Below, piece by piece: positions 20,458 to 29,341 of a stretch of 64,000 bases of DNA. How positions within the stretch are numbered: position 1 is the stretch's first letter; every line of letters starts with the position of its first letter. The notes below the pieces were generated by a model, which worked only from the letters and a program-made list of their open reading frames with translations, searched no databases and was not told the origin of the DNA. The translations under genes and the position numbers were made by a program. Source of the DNA: Nitrososphaerales archaeon (GTDB lineage: Archaea; Thermoproteota; Nitrososphaeria; Nitrososphaerales; JACPRH01). The stretch covers positions 5,351 to 69,350 of the forward strand of contig JASLOE010000001.1 in the NCBI GenBank assembly GCA_030745655.1, written 5' to 3'.

Positions 20458-21147
20458 ATGTTCAATCTTAAAACACCAGAAAATATTGAGTCACTTCCCA
20501 AGAATATAGTGAAGAAAATTAACAAAAGAATCAAATATGTTAATGATGGAATTTCTAGAATTGAGAAAGCAACAGGAATTACTTACCCACCATATAATAT
20601 TAGGCCAGTGATAATTTTATCAGAAAGTGAGGTTGAATTAGGACAAAGAGGGGTAATATATGCAAGAGTTATTCCAGAAGAAGGGCCAGCTGGTCTTCTT
20701 ATTTCGGTTGAGCTCTCGGCACCTTTAGTTGCATTTGGATTAAAGGGAACAATACAAGCTGTTTTGGCACACGAATTCATGCATTATGTGGAACTTGTAA
20801 GGAAATTTACTACTTTAGATATTCTTTCAGATGAAACTGTAGGTACATTACACGAAACTATTTACTCAGATTACGAGAGATTATACGAACCCAAATGGCT
20901 TTTCCAAGATAGAGGACTAATAAGACTTCTCAATAACAGATTTCTTGATGGACTTGTAGATGATAAATTAAATAAGAATACGTTAAAAAAATGGGTAGAG
21001 AAGGGTCTCCCTTCTGTAACTCTACCTCCAGATGCAAATGTTGTTAGAATTCCCATTGCCGCAATACTAAAAACTAATTTCGACCCGTTGCTAAAGAATA
21101 GGCTTGAAGAACTTGAAAAGATAAGGGCCGTAGATAATGCAAAATAA
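20458..21147 (+). CDS. Putative zinc metallopeptidase-like protein (HExxH), unknown family
   Basis: A single HExxH (AVLAHEFMHYVELV) sits in a 229-aa soluble protein. The gene's 3' end overlaps the next gene by 11 nt. Confidence 0.55.
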   Translation: MFNLKTPENIESLPKNIVKKINKRIKYVNDGISRIEKATGITYPPYNIRPVIILSESEVELGQRGVIYARVIPEEGPAGLLISVELSAPLVAFGLKGTIQAVLAHEFMHYVELVRKFTTLDILSDETVGTLHETIYSDYERLYEPKWLFQDRGLIRLLNNRFLDGLVDDKLNKNTLKKWVEKGLPSVTLPPDANVVRIPIAAILKTNFDPLLKNRLEELEKIRAVDNAK

Positions 21148-22789
21148 ATCAGGTAAAAAAGGGACACTCAGTAAAACGGATACAGAAACATTACTCAGAA
21201 TATCAAAAGAGATATCTTCTAAAAAAACGATTATAGGTGTTGCAGCGTATGGTTCTCAAGTAGCTAATTATGCAACAGAAGATAGTGATTATGATATAAT
21301 TGTTGTGTTAGATAATTATAGTCCTAAAGTAAAATATCGTTACATTAAGGGAGAATTAGAAATATCGGCGCTTCTTGTTGATAAGGAATCAATATTAGCT
21401 GATGCCCAAAAGGCATCTCTTGGAGAATTTGTTGCAGGTAGATTACTTAACATATACTTACCCATTAAAGGTAAAAAATTCTTCAAAGAAGTTGAAAATA
21501 TTATTAAAAAAAGAGTGATAGCTGAATCACTAAATGAGATTGGATCATCTCTGGGTGAATTTTCACAAGAAATATTAATTCCAGTGGAATATTTTCTATA
21601 TGATAAACTCAAGAAACGTTCTTCGATTTATCCTCCTGTTCTTTATAGTTACGCCAAAACTTATGGGGATGAGTTAAGGGCTAAAAACACAGAAGCAGCT
21701 TGTCCAGGATTTCTGGTTGCATTGAAAGACCTAGAATCTAAGAAGTTAATTACTCTGAAAGATGGGTTAGTAAGAATAAAAGATAGTAAATCCAAAGGGT
21801 GGACGACTATTTTTTCAGGAATAATCAAACATACACAAAGAGGGCTAACCCAATATGCTGTCCACGGTTATGCTGGAACAGTTGGTCTCAACATCATAAG
21901 TAAAGAATTGATGTCCAAAATATCTAGAGCAAAGAAGGGATATGAGGTCCCAGAAGTGATAAGAAATCCAAAGTCTCTTTGGAGGCTAAGTGAAGGTGAT
22001 CTTATCGTAGAGGAAGAAGAATGGTTACAGAAAGTTTTTGAACATTTTCAGTTAAAAGGAGATGTTATAACGAATAAGGATAGTATTGGAGATATCTATT
22101 CCTCTTCAAAAGTATATTCTGCTAGCGATAAAGAACAAAATGTAAAGTTCATTGTGAAAAGATTTGTAGACATAAAAGCGATGAAGTGGATTGTTTTGAA
22201 TATCTGGGCATTAATGTCAAAGAGATTCGACATGAGTCCCATATCTAGGCTTTCTAGAGAGTATTCTTCTTTGAAAGAAATTCGAGAAATTGGTCTAAAT
22301 ACACCAAGGGTTTTGTTAGTTGCATTTAATCAAAGAATACTCGTAACTGAATTCATAGAAGGTTCAAATTTGGGAGAGATACTTTCAAAGGTTTTCAAAG
22401 GAGAAAAAAATATGATAAAATACATTAGAATTTATGGAGAAGAATTAGGAAAAGTACATAAATCTGGGTACACACTTGGAGACACTAAACCAAGCAATTC
22501 TATTCTTTCAAAAGGTAAGATATTCTTAATTGATCTTGAGCAAGCTGCAAAGAATGGGGATAAGAGCTGGGATATAGCTGAATTCATTTATTATTCATCA
22601 AAACTTACTTTGGATACTAACGCTGCAAAACAATTGGTTGGAGAATTTCTGGACGGATACTTAGAATATGGTGATAATAAATCTGTAAAAGATGCTCATA
22701 AACTGAAGTATCTTGCTCCATTTCAACCAATAATAGCACCAAATGTTGCTGCAGCAGTTAGAAAAGTAATGAAGAAACGAGCAGAATAA
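21137..22789 (+). CDS. Fusion protein: N-terminal nucleotidyltransferase-fold domain plus C-terminal RIO/Bud32-like kinase domain
   Basis: N-terminus: GVAAYGSQVANYATEDSDYDIIVVLD (a GS..DxD NTase signature) and EFVAGRLLNIYLP. C-terminus: VKFIVKRF (Lys), LGDTKPSN catalytic loop and LIDLEQA metal-binding segment. Confidence 0.7.
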   Translation: MQNKSGKKGTLSKTDTETLLRISKEISSKKTIIGVAAYGSQVANYATEDSDYDIIVVLDNYSPKVKYRYIKGELEISALLVDKESILADAQKASLGEFVAGRLLNIYLPIKGKKFFKEVENIIKKRVIAESLNEIGSSLGEFSQEILIPVEYFLYDKLKKRSSIYPPVLYSYAKTYGDELRAKNTEAACPGFLVALKDLESKKLITLKDGLVRIKDSKSKGWTTIFSGIIKHTQRGLTQYAVHGYAGTVGLNIISKELMSKISRAKKGYEVPEVIRNPKSLWRLSEGDLIVEEEEWLQKVFEHFQLKGDVITNKDSIGDIYSSSKVYSASDKEQNVKFIVKRFVDIKAMKWIVLNIWALMSKRFDMSPISRLSREYSSLKEIREIGLNTPRVLLVAFNQRILVTEFIEGSNLGEILSKVFKGEKNMIKYIRIYGEELGKVHKSGYTLGDTKPSNSILSKGKIFLIDLEQAAKNGDKSWDIAEFIYYSSKLTLDTNAAKQLVGEFLDGYLEYGDNKSVKDAHKLKYLAPFQPIIAPNVAAAVRKVMKKRAE

Positions 22790-22799
22790 TTACATTATT

Positions 22800-23090
22800 T
22801 TACTGTTTGAATTGAGTATAACCACATTTCCCACATGTATCTCTGTCATGATGTTCAGAGAGAAACACACCTTTTCCACAACGTGGACAGTCTTTCTTTA
22901 ACTTTTTCAGTTGGTCTCCTTCAATCTTATAAAATTTCCAAACTTGTGTACTAGGCTTTATTTTTTTGACTTGTCTCTCTTTATGAGGTTTGGCAACTGG
23001 TTCAGCTTCTTCAGGTGTTTCTTCTATTTTTTCAGATTCAGTCGCAATTTCTTCTAATTCTTTAGATTCTGTGGTCTTTTCTTTCGACAT
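22800..23090 (-). CDS. rps27ae: Ribosomal protein S27ae (eS31) with an acidic N-terminal extension
   Basis: C-terminal zinc ribbon CPRCGKGVFLSEHHDRDTCGKCGYT. The N-terminal ~45 aa are E/K/T-rich. Confidence 0.85.
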   Translation of the reverse strand: MSKEKTTESKELEEIATESEKIEETPEEAEPVAKPHKERQVKKIKPSTQVWKFYKIEGDQLKKLKKDCPRCGKGVFLSEHHDRDTCGKCGYTQFKQ

Positions 23091-23092
23091 AA

Positions 23093-23593
23093 TTATTCCT
23101 GCTTTTGTTCTTCTGTTGCTTCAGATGGTGCTTTGGGTTTCACTAGTTCATCTTTTGTATCTTCAGATGAATGGGTAGTTGATTTGGATTCTAATTCTTC
23201 CTTTGAAGTTTTTTCTGTATCTTCAGTTGAAGATGTTTTGTCAACTTCTTGGATGGGTTCAGCTTTCTCTTCACCGGTATTTTTTGAAGGAGTTTTAGAT
23301 TTTTCGGATTTAGGTGTTACAGGTTTATTCCTTGTCAATATATAATCAGAAATATCTTTTTTTGCATTATTATCGTTATCATAAATATAAAACAAACCTT
23401 TAGCATCGCGCGAACCTGATTCACCATCAATGGAAACAACAAAAACTTTCTCGTCAGTGATCTTTATCTTTTTAGACAAAGCCTGGATAGCATCATTACG
23501 ATTGAAACTACCATATGAATCTCTAAATATACACTCTACTTCTCTACGACCTACAAGTAAATTCTCAATATCGCGATTAATCTCAATATCCAT
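23093..23593 (-). CDS. rps24e: Ribosomal protein S24e (eS24) with a long C-terminal low-complexity tail
   Basis: N-terminus NLLVGRREVECIF.. is S24e-like. The last ~75 aa are K/E/S/T-rich. Confidence 0.85.
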   Translation of the reverse strand: MDIEINRDIENLLVGRREVECIFRDSYGSFNRNDAIQALSKKIKITDEKVFVVSIDGESGSRDAKGLFYIYDNDNNAKKDISDYILTRNKPVTPKSEKSKTPSKNTGEEKAEPIQEVDKTSSTEDTEKTSKEELESKSTTHSSEDTKDELVKPKAPSEATEEQKQE

Positions 23594-23653
23594 TTAGCTG
23601 CACTCAAAACCTCCAAAATCCGCGGTATATTAATACCTTGCCAATAAAATACA

Positions 23654-24166
23654 TCACAGATAAATTCCCATCATATTTAGCATCGTAATAACAGATTTCC
23701 TAATTTCTAGATCTAGACAATTAAAAACTAATCCAATTCGAGGCTGTCCGTAGACCACAATTGTACCTATGGGGTATGACGCCATAATAGGAAGTGCAAG
23801 AAGGTCCTCTTCACCATCGACAAATATCCTAACAGGCATTTTTGCAGATAGAGCATCTGAAACGGCTTGCAAAGACTCTTCAGTTAGACAACTGTGGGGA
23901 TTTTTTACTTTAATCAGGCTTTCATAATTGGATTTGGGAAGTTTCCGTGCGATTCTCATTTCACGACCATCAACTACTTCGATGTTTGGGATGAATCCAA
24001 GTGAAAGAAGTGTTTCAGTTGTAGCATCTCCTACGGCTACTATTAGAGCCTTAGATACAAATTCTCCTTTGAGATTGTTAGTGTTCACCTTTGAGTTCTT
24101 GATGAGTTTACCTGAAGGATGTTTTAACCTATCTCGCAAAATCTTTGGAAGTGAGTATACCTTCAT
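23654..24166 (-). CDS. GTP-dependent dephospho-CoA kinase (archaeal DPCK, DUF359/COG1909)
   Basis: VGDATTETLLSLGFIPNIEVVDGREMR matches the DUF359 signature. It holds the conserved position between Spt4 and S24e. Confidence 0.75.
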   Translation of the reverse strand: MKVYSLPKILRDRLKHPSGKLIKNSKVNTNNLKGEFVSKALIVAVGDATTETLLSLGFIPNIEVVDGREMRIARKLPKSNYESLIKVKNPHSCLTEESLQAVSDALSAKMPVRIFVDGEEDLLALPIMASYPIGTIVVYGQPRIGLVFNCLDLEIRKSVITMLNMMGIYL

Positions 24167-24216
24167 TTTTTAGAATGATTGAAAACAATAATATTTCAGT
24201 ATTACCAATAGTAAAC

Positions 24217-24405
24217 TTAGCTTACTCTAAGTGCATATCTTCCCGACTTTAAGATACCAAGTGATTTGGCTACTTCTGACTTCTCAGGCTCAAGAATAAT
24301 AATAAGTCCTGACCAATCTTTACTAAGGTCAGTAGAGTTGCAAGATGGACAGATTTTACCACTGGCTAAACTCTTACATTTTCTGCAAGCAAATTGACGG
24401 ACCAT
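24217..24405 (-). CDS. spt4: Transcription elongation factor Spt4 (RpoE'')
   Basis: 62 aa with zinc ribbon CRKC..CPSC, and the conserved position downstream of rpo7. Confidence 0.85.
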   Translation of the reverse strand: MVRQFACRKCKSLASGKICPSCNSTDLSKDWSGLIIILEPEKSEVAKSLGILKSGRYALRVS

Positions 24406-24417
24406 TTTTTTAATTAC

Positions 24418-24996
24418 CTACTTTTTCTTTGGAGTTTCAACACTCTTTTTCGACTTGTCGATATCATCAGCTATCCATTCAAGAGCACCAAGGTAAGGCT
24501 GTCTACAAGTAACTCCTATTTTCCCCATAGAAGCTCCGCGACCTAGACTTACAGCAGTTATCCTAACCCGAAGTTTTGAACCGACCTTCAATGTTCTTTT
24601 ACTTTGACTTGCTAGAATGATACCCTGTTTCACATCACTTGTAAGATAATCGTCAGTTATCTGTGATAGATGAAGCAATGCATCAGTGGGCCCTATTCTT
24701 ACGAAAGCACCAAAATCAGTTATTTCCACAACTTCACCCTCAACTATCTCTTGGAGCATTGGAAAAAATGATAAAACTGAGAATTTAACTTTATGATATC
24801 TTGCACCATCACCAGGAATTATTTTACCAACAGGATCCATATTTACATCAGTTACCTGAATAATATACCCCATATCTGAGTTGATAGTACTTTCATATTT
24901 CGTTCTTAAAACTTCAAGTGCAACCTTCTTTAGTTTACTCCCAAACTTATCTGGAGAAACTCTGACAACATCAATTCTTTGTTCTATCTGAAACAA
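24418..24996 (-). CDS. rpoE: DNA-directed RNA polymerase subunit Rpo7 (RpoE')
   Basis: N-terminal Rpb7 fold plus an S1 domain (VEGEVVEITDFGAFVRIGPTDALLHLSQI). Confidence 0.9.
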   Translation of the reverse strand: MFQIEQRIDVVRVSPDKFGSKLKKVALEVLRTKYESTINSDMGYIIQVTDVNMDPVGKIIPGDGARYHKVKFSVLSFFPMLQEIVEGEVVEITDFGAFVRIGPTDALLHLSQITDDYLTSDVKQGIILASQSKRTLKVGSKLRVRITAVSLGRGASMGKIGVTCRQPYLGALEWIADDIDKSKKSVETPKKK

Positions 24997-25072
24997 TCAA
25001 TAATGTCTCCTAATCATTGGGGTACGAAATAGCTTTAGTTAAGAACCTTTTGTTGATTCATATTCTAAGAAT

Positions 25073-25498
25073 CTATGTTTTTTCTACAGCCAGTAGATTT
25101 CCTTTACGGAAAACTACTGTAATCCCAGATACCTTAAGTTGCTTCCTCAAATTAGAATCCAAAGTTGCAACTGAAGCTCTTCTTGACACTGCACAATTCA
25201 TTATTTTATCATCAACATTTTCACCTTCATCAAATGAAATATTCTTCAATCCTGAAGCAAAGTCCAAAGCACTTTTAGCGAACTTAGCACGCTTTGGAGA
25301 AGAATTTCTGCTTAAACCATGTAATTCATTAATAACGGCATCTAAAACCACAAGATCTACTTTACCAAAAAATTCTTGTAATTGTTCCAATCGTTGCGAG
25401 GGAGTAGAAACAGCGAATATCAGAAAACTTGAGTCTAGAAGTAATTCCACTATACTCGGCTCGGCTATATTATTATTCCAGAACCAATGAGACGCCAT
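25073..25498 (-). CDS. PIN-domain protein (Fcf1/Utp24-like, COG1412-type)
   Basis: LLLDSSFLIF near the N-terminus and VVLDAVINEL. It has the conserved placement between aIF2gamma and rpo7. The annotated start overlaps aIF2gamma by 34 nt, so the true start is uncertain. Confidence 0.7.
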   Translation of the reverse strand: MASHWFWNNNIAEPSIVELLLDSSFLIFAVSTPSQRLEQLQEFFGKVDLVVLDAVINELHGLSRNSSPKRAKFAKSALDFASGLKNISFDEGENVDDKIMNCAVSRRASVATLDSNLRKQLKVSGITVVFRKGNLLAVEKT

Positions 25499-26724
25499 CT
25501 ATCAGCTATCCGTCGAGTAACTGCAACCCTATTTCCAAGTGCAGCACAAATTGGTCTCTTAAGGTTCACTGAGATTATATCTCCATTTATTGATCCAACA
25601 GGTCCTAACGTTACCGCTGTTCCTATATTCAAACGCAAAACCTCACCTTTTCGTATCTTTTCTACTTTCATCATTTCTGGAGCTCCCACGGCTTTATCAA
25701 GGAGTTGAGTCTCAATTTTGAGTGAACTATGTACAGGTGGCAGCTCATTTGGAAGTCCAACTACAGATCCAAGGAGGTTATCTGCTCTTGTGATAGATGG
25801 ATCCAATGTTGTGCCTAAAGCAATTAATCCTCCTGTTTTAACATTTTTTACCAACCCAACACTTGTTCCTAAACTTGCGATAGTTGTTTTAATAGCATTA
25901 TATTTCTTAGTTTTTTCATCTAGAAGACCAGGTTTAAGAACAATTTCTTCACCAACATTGAATTCTCCTTCAATTAGGGTCCCACCAATTACCCCTCCTC
26001 GAATTTGGGTAATGTTCATGCCGGGTCGATTCACATCAAATGACCTTAGAGTCTGCATTAGTGGTTTCTTTTTTGTTTTTGTTAATGGGGTAGGGATGGA
26101 TTCTTCAATTGCCCCTATTAATGCATCTAAATTCAATTTGTGATGACCAGATACAGGAATAATAGGAGCATTTTCAGCGACAGTTCCCTTTGCAAACTTC
26201 TGAATAGCTTTATAGTTTCTTTCAGCTTCTTGATTAGTTACAAGGTCTAATTTGTTCTGCGCTATTACAATATGTTTCATTCCTAGCATCTGAAGACTTA
26301 GAAGATGCTCCCGTGTTTGAGGTTGAGGGACATCTTCATTTGCAGCTATAATTAGTATTGCACCATTCATAACAGCTGCACCCGAAAGCATAATCGCCAT
26401 GAGACTTTCATGTCCCGGTGTATCTACAAAACTAACTACCCGAGACAATTTTGCTTCGTTTCCGCATTTAGGGCAAGATGATGTAGTTGAGTAATTTTCA
26501 GGTGGATTACATTTACCACATTTGTAAAATGCTGCATCAGCATATCCCACCTTTATGGTGATACCACGTCGTAATTCTTCACTATGCGCAGATGTCCATA
26601 CACCAGTTATTCCTTCAACTAGCGTAGTTTTACCGTGGTCTACGTGACCAATAGCACCAATATTTACTTCAGGTTGGTGGGGTAATCTATTTCTTTTGAG
26701 CATGGTGCTATCCTTGGCTGTCAT
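25465..26724 (-). CDS. eif2g: Translation initiation factor aIF2 gamma subunit
   Basis: G1 motif GHVDHGKTTL, a zinc knuckle CGKC..CPKCG, and DTPGHE. Confidence 0.95.
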   Translation of the reverse strand: MTAKDSTMLKRNRLPHQPEVNIGAIGHVDHGKTTLVEGITGVWTSAHSEELRRGITIKVGYADAAFYKCGKCNPPENYSTTSSCPKCGNEAKLSRVVSFVDTPGHESLMAIMLSGAAVMNGAILIIAANEDVPQPQTREHLLSLQMLGMKHIVIAQNKLDLVTNQEAERNYKAIQKFAKGTVAENAPIIPVSGHHKLNLDALIGAIEESIPTPLTKTKKKPLMQTLRSFDVNRPGMNITQIRGGVIGGTLIEGEFNVGEEIVLKPGLLDEKTKKYNAIKTTIASLGTSVGLVKNVKTGGLIALGTTLDPSITRADNLLGSVVGLPNELPPVHSSLKIETQLLDKAVGAPEMMKVEKIRKGEVLRLNIGTAVTLGPVGSINGDIISVNLKRPICAALGNRVAVTRRIADRWRLIGSGIII

Positions 26725-26766
26725 TAATTAATGACGAAGAAAGGAGGGTAATTAATATTGCGGAAT

Positions 26767-27336
26767 CTAAGCTGTTTCTTTTTCTGAAGGAGAAGTTTCC
26801 TTTGGTTTCTCAGTTATTTTCATTTTCTTTTCTTCAGCAGAGACAGATTTCTTTTCTGATGACTCATTATCTTGCTTTTTCTTTACTTTTTCCTTCAGTA
26901 TTTCCTTTGATTCACCTTCTTTCTTAGGAATATCTTCATCTTTTTTAATGTCAGGGGATACCTCTTTTTCCTTCGCTGGAGACTTTTTAGTCGGTTTACT
27001 TGTAAGAAGTGCATTTATCTGATAAATTTCTTCTGTAATAGTATTGCCCCTAACCAATTTCCTTCGCTTTAACCCTTTCACAGTGGACCTAAATCCCACT
27101 CCCTTTGTAAGAAGCACATATTTCTTAACGCCACCTAGAACATCATTTCTCATTGGGAAACCCCCATGGTCACTGCCCCCAGTTATCGTAAGCTTACCTT
27201 CAACATTTACAGGTGAACCATCGATATCACTACCAATCTTTAAGCCCTTAAAGACTCTAAACTGGTCATCAGTAAGTTCATACATAATGGATTTACCATT
27301 TTTTGGGTCTGCGACTATTAGTTTTGATTTTGCCAC
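26767..27336 (-). CDS. rps6e: Ribosomal protein S6e (eS6) with a K/E-rich C-terminal tail
   Basis: GGSDHGGFPMRNDV and KGLKRRKLVRG are S6e-typical. The last ~65 aa are K/E/S-rich. Confidence 0.9.
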   Translation of the reverse strand: MAKSKLIVADPKNGKSIMYELTDDQFRVFKGLKIGSDIDGSPVNVEGKLTITGGSDHGGFPMRNDVLGGVKKYVLLTKGVGFRSTVKGLKRRKLVRGNTITEEIYQINALLTSKPTKKSPAKEKEVSPDIKKDEDIPKKEGESKEILKEKVKKKQDNESSEKKSVSAEEKKMKITEKPKETSPSEKETA

Positions 27337-27458
27337 GTGAATTCGACCTCACTAACTTATTTGTTCTGCTAATAAGTATTTTTCATTAGTTCAGTAGTAT
27401 GGTTTCCATAGTAGAAGTAAAAGATTCATAATAATTCATATCAATCAAATAAATTTTA

Positions 27459-28328
27459 TTACGAACATGCCAAGACTATGTTATCAATAGAATCCGGTAG
27501 TGTAACAGATGTTGTATAATACGGATGATAAGATGGTGTTTCAATCCAATGATAAATAAGTGCTAGAGCATATATGTCGAGTGTTGAAGGACAAAGTTTT
27601 TTTTCTCTAACTTCACTTTTCTCTTTTTCAAAATACATCAAATCATTCTCATTTGAGCTATGATTCAATCCTAGTACATGTCCTAGTTCATGTGTCATTA
27701 CATTTTGCATTCCTAATAAACTAAGATCTGATAATGCTATATCGATTGTTGCTGTTTTGATCGAATTGATATTAGATATCTCTAATACTGTTTCTCCAAG
27801 TAGTGAATCGTGAAGAGTTTCTTCAAAGTTAATCTGAATATCTATGTCGCCTTGAGGTAGAGTGTTATTTACACCTTGAATATAAACTGAAAAAACTATA
27901 TCCCCCAGATATTTATATTCTGGATGAATATTGATAAATTCTGAAATTGATCTTTGCCACTGATTGATGGCGTTTTTTATTGCATCAATCACCGAATAAT
28001 CAACTTCAATATTAAGCGTCTCCTGAAGATTAATTAGAATCTTAAGATGTGTATGACCCCATGAAGCTGCCCGGTTATTATTAACATAAACTAAATTAAT
28101 CGAATCAATCTCAGACGAAGCTGAAGGATTTGGAATATCAACAGTAGAAATAGTTGTTATTGTAATGGTTGTAGTATTGATTATGACGGTGGTAGAAGTT
28201 TTAGTGGTGGTATCGGTTACAAAAAGAGTATTAGTGATTGGCTCATAGAACTGCATTTGCATTATTACTGGAATGCTAATTGCTACAATTGCCGCTACAA
28301 TGATCAGTATGGCGAAATTATTTTTCAA
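27459..28328 (-). CDS. Membrane-anchored matrixin-like (M10 metzincin) zinc metalloprotease
   Basis: HELGHVLGLNHSSNENDLMYF equals HExxHxxGxxH plus a Met-turn. There is an N-terminal TM helix and a Thr/Ile-rich stalk (TTTKTSTTVIINTTTITITTIST). Confidence 0.75.
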   Translation of the reverse strand: MKNNFAILIIVAAIVAISIPVIMQMQFYEPITNTLFVTDTTTKTSTTVIINTTTITITTISTVDIPNPSASSEIDSINLVYVNNNRAASWGHTHLKILINLQETLNIEVDYSVIDAIKNAINQWQRSISEFINIHPEYKYLGDIVFSVYIQGVNNTLPQGDIDIQINFEETLHDSLLGETVLEISNINSIKTATIDIALSDLSLLGMQNVMTHELGHVLGLNHSSNENDLMYFEKEKSEVREKKLCPSTLDIYALALIYHWIETPSYHPYYTTSVTLPDSIDNIVLACS

Positions 28329-28444
28329 ACATTAAACGTCCAATTCAAACAGAATTAAATTTTTTGTAGGATATAATTTAAACATAAGATAAAAGATGGT
28401 TTAAGGGGGAACAATATTTTGTGGTGTACTTCTTGACTGTAATT

Positions 28445-29341
28445 ATGAGTGCCAAAGAACTTTTTCAACAACTTTTAGAGGAAGTTAGGCAAGATGTCAA
28501 GATTCTACAAGAAAAGAAGGGTATAACTCCTGGATTAGCTGCAATTCTTGTAGGAGATGACCCAGTTTCTCAGGTTTACGTATCTTTAAAGGAGAAAGAT
28601 TGTGGAAAAGTAGGAATAAAATCTACAGTTTATCGAATGTTTGATTATCCCCCTGAGACAAGGAATAAGAAAGTTTTAGACCTCATTATGAAGCTAAATA
28701 ATGACCCTGAAACTCATGGAATACTTATCCAATTACCTTTTCCAAATTTCGTTGATAAAGAGAAAGTCTTTGAAACACTTTCTCCACAAAAAGATGCAGA
28801 TGGGCTTACACCACATAATATGGGTAAGCTTCTTCTTGGTGAATATAGTATGGAAAGCGGTTTAATTCCGTGTACTCCAAAAGGGTCGATGGCAATATTA
28901 GACCACTTTAATATTGACGTGACAGGAAAAGATGCAATAATTGTTGGTAGAAGTGCTCTTGTAGGAGAACCCCTCCGAAAATTACTTCAAGATAAAAATG
29001 CTACTGTAACTTGTACTCATAGAAAGACAAAGAACCTATTAGAAAGATTAAGAAAAGCAGATATTATTGTAGCCGCTGCTGGAAGACCTCCAGAATTGTA
29101 TCAAGAAAATGCTTTTCGACTTTCAGCAGATATGGTTAAAGAAGGAGTAATTGTAATCAGTATAGGTGTCAGAAGAGATCCCGCAACAGGCAAACTTGTT
29201 TTCGATATTGATTTTGAAGATGTGAAAGAGAAGGCTGGATATATAACACCGAACACGGGAAGCACTGGGATTATGACACGAGGTATGCTTCTTAAGAATA
29301 CAATAATTGCAGCAAAAAATATTACCAGTCAAAAAGCATAA
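28445..29341 (+). CDS. folD: Bifunctional methylenetetrahydrofolate dehydrogenase/methenyl-THF cyclohydrolase
   Basis: GLAAILVGDDPVSQVYV, GILIQLPFP and VGRSALVGEPL. I chose the ATG at 28445 over the GTG at 28421. Confidence 0.9.
   Translation: MSAKELFQQLLEEVRQDVKILQEKKGITPGLAAILVGDDPVSQVYVSLKEKDCGKVGIKSTVYRMFDYPPETRNKKVLDLIMKLNNDPETHGILIQLPFPNFVDKEKVFETLSPQKDADGLTPHNMGKLLLGEYSMESGLIPCTPKGSMAILDHFNIDVTGKDAIIVGRSALVGEPLRKLLQDKNATVTCTHRKTKNLLERLRKADIIVAAAGRPPELYQENAFRLSADMVKEGVIVISIGVRRDPATGKLVFDIDFEDVKEKAGYITPNTGSTGIMTRGMLLKNTIIAAKNITSQKA

Noticed and set aside
25017-25490. 157-aa plus-strand ORF.
   Set aside because: It is fully antisense to the PIN-domain gene, which sits in a conserved aIF2gamma-PIN-rpo7 context. 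The sequence is low-complexity and S/L-rich, so it is a shadow ORF.
29329-29341. Convergent 3'-end overlaps: folD/infB (13 nt), and the PurM-like gene with pyrG at 53612-53635 (24 nt).
   Set aside because: These are consistent with general genome compaction. I saw nothing suggesting antisense regulation beyond the overlap itself.
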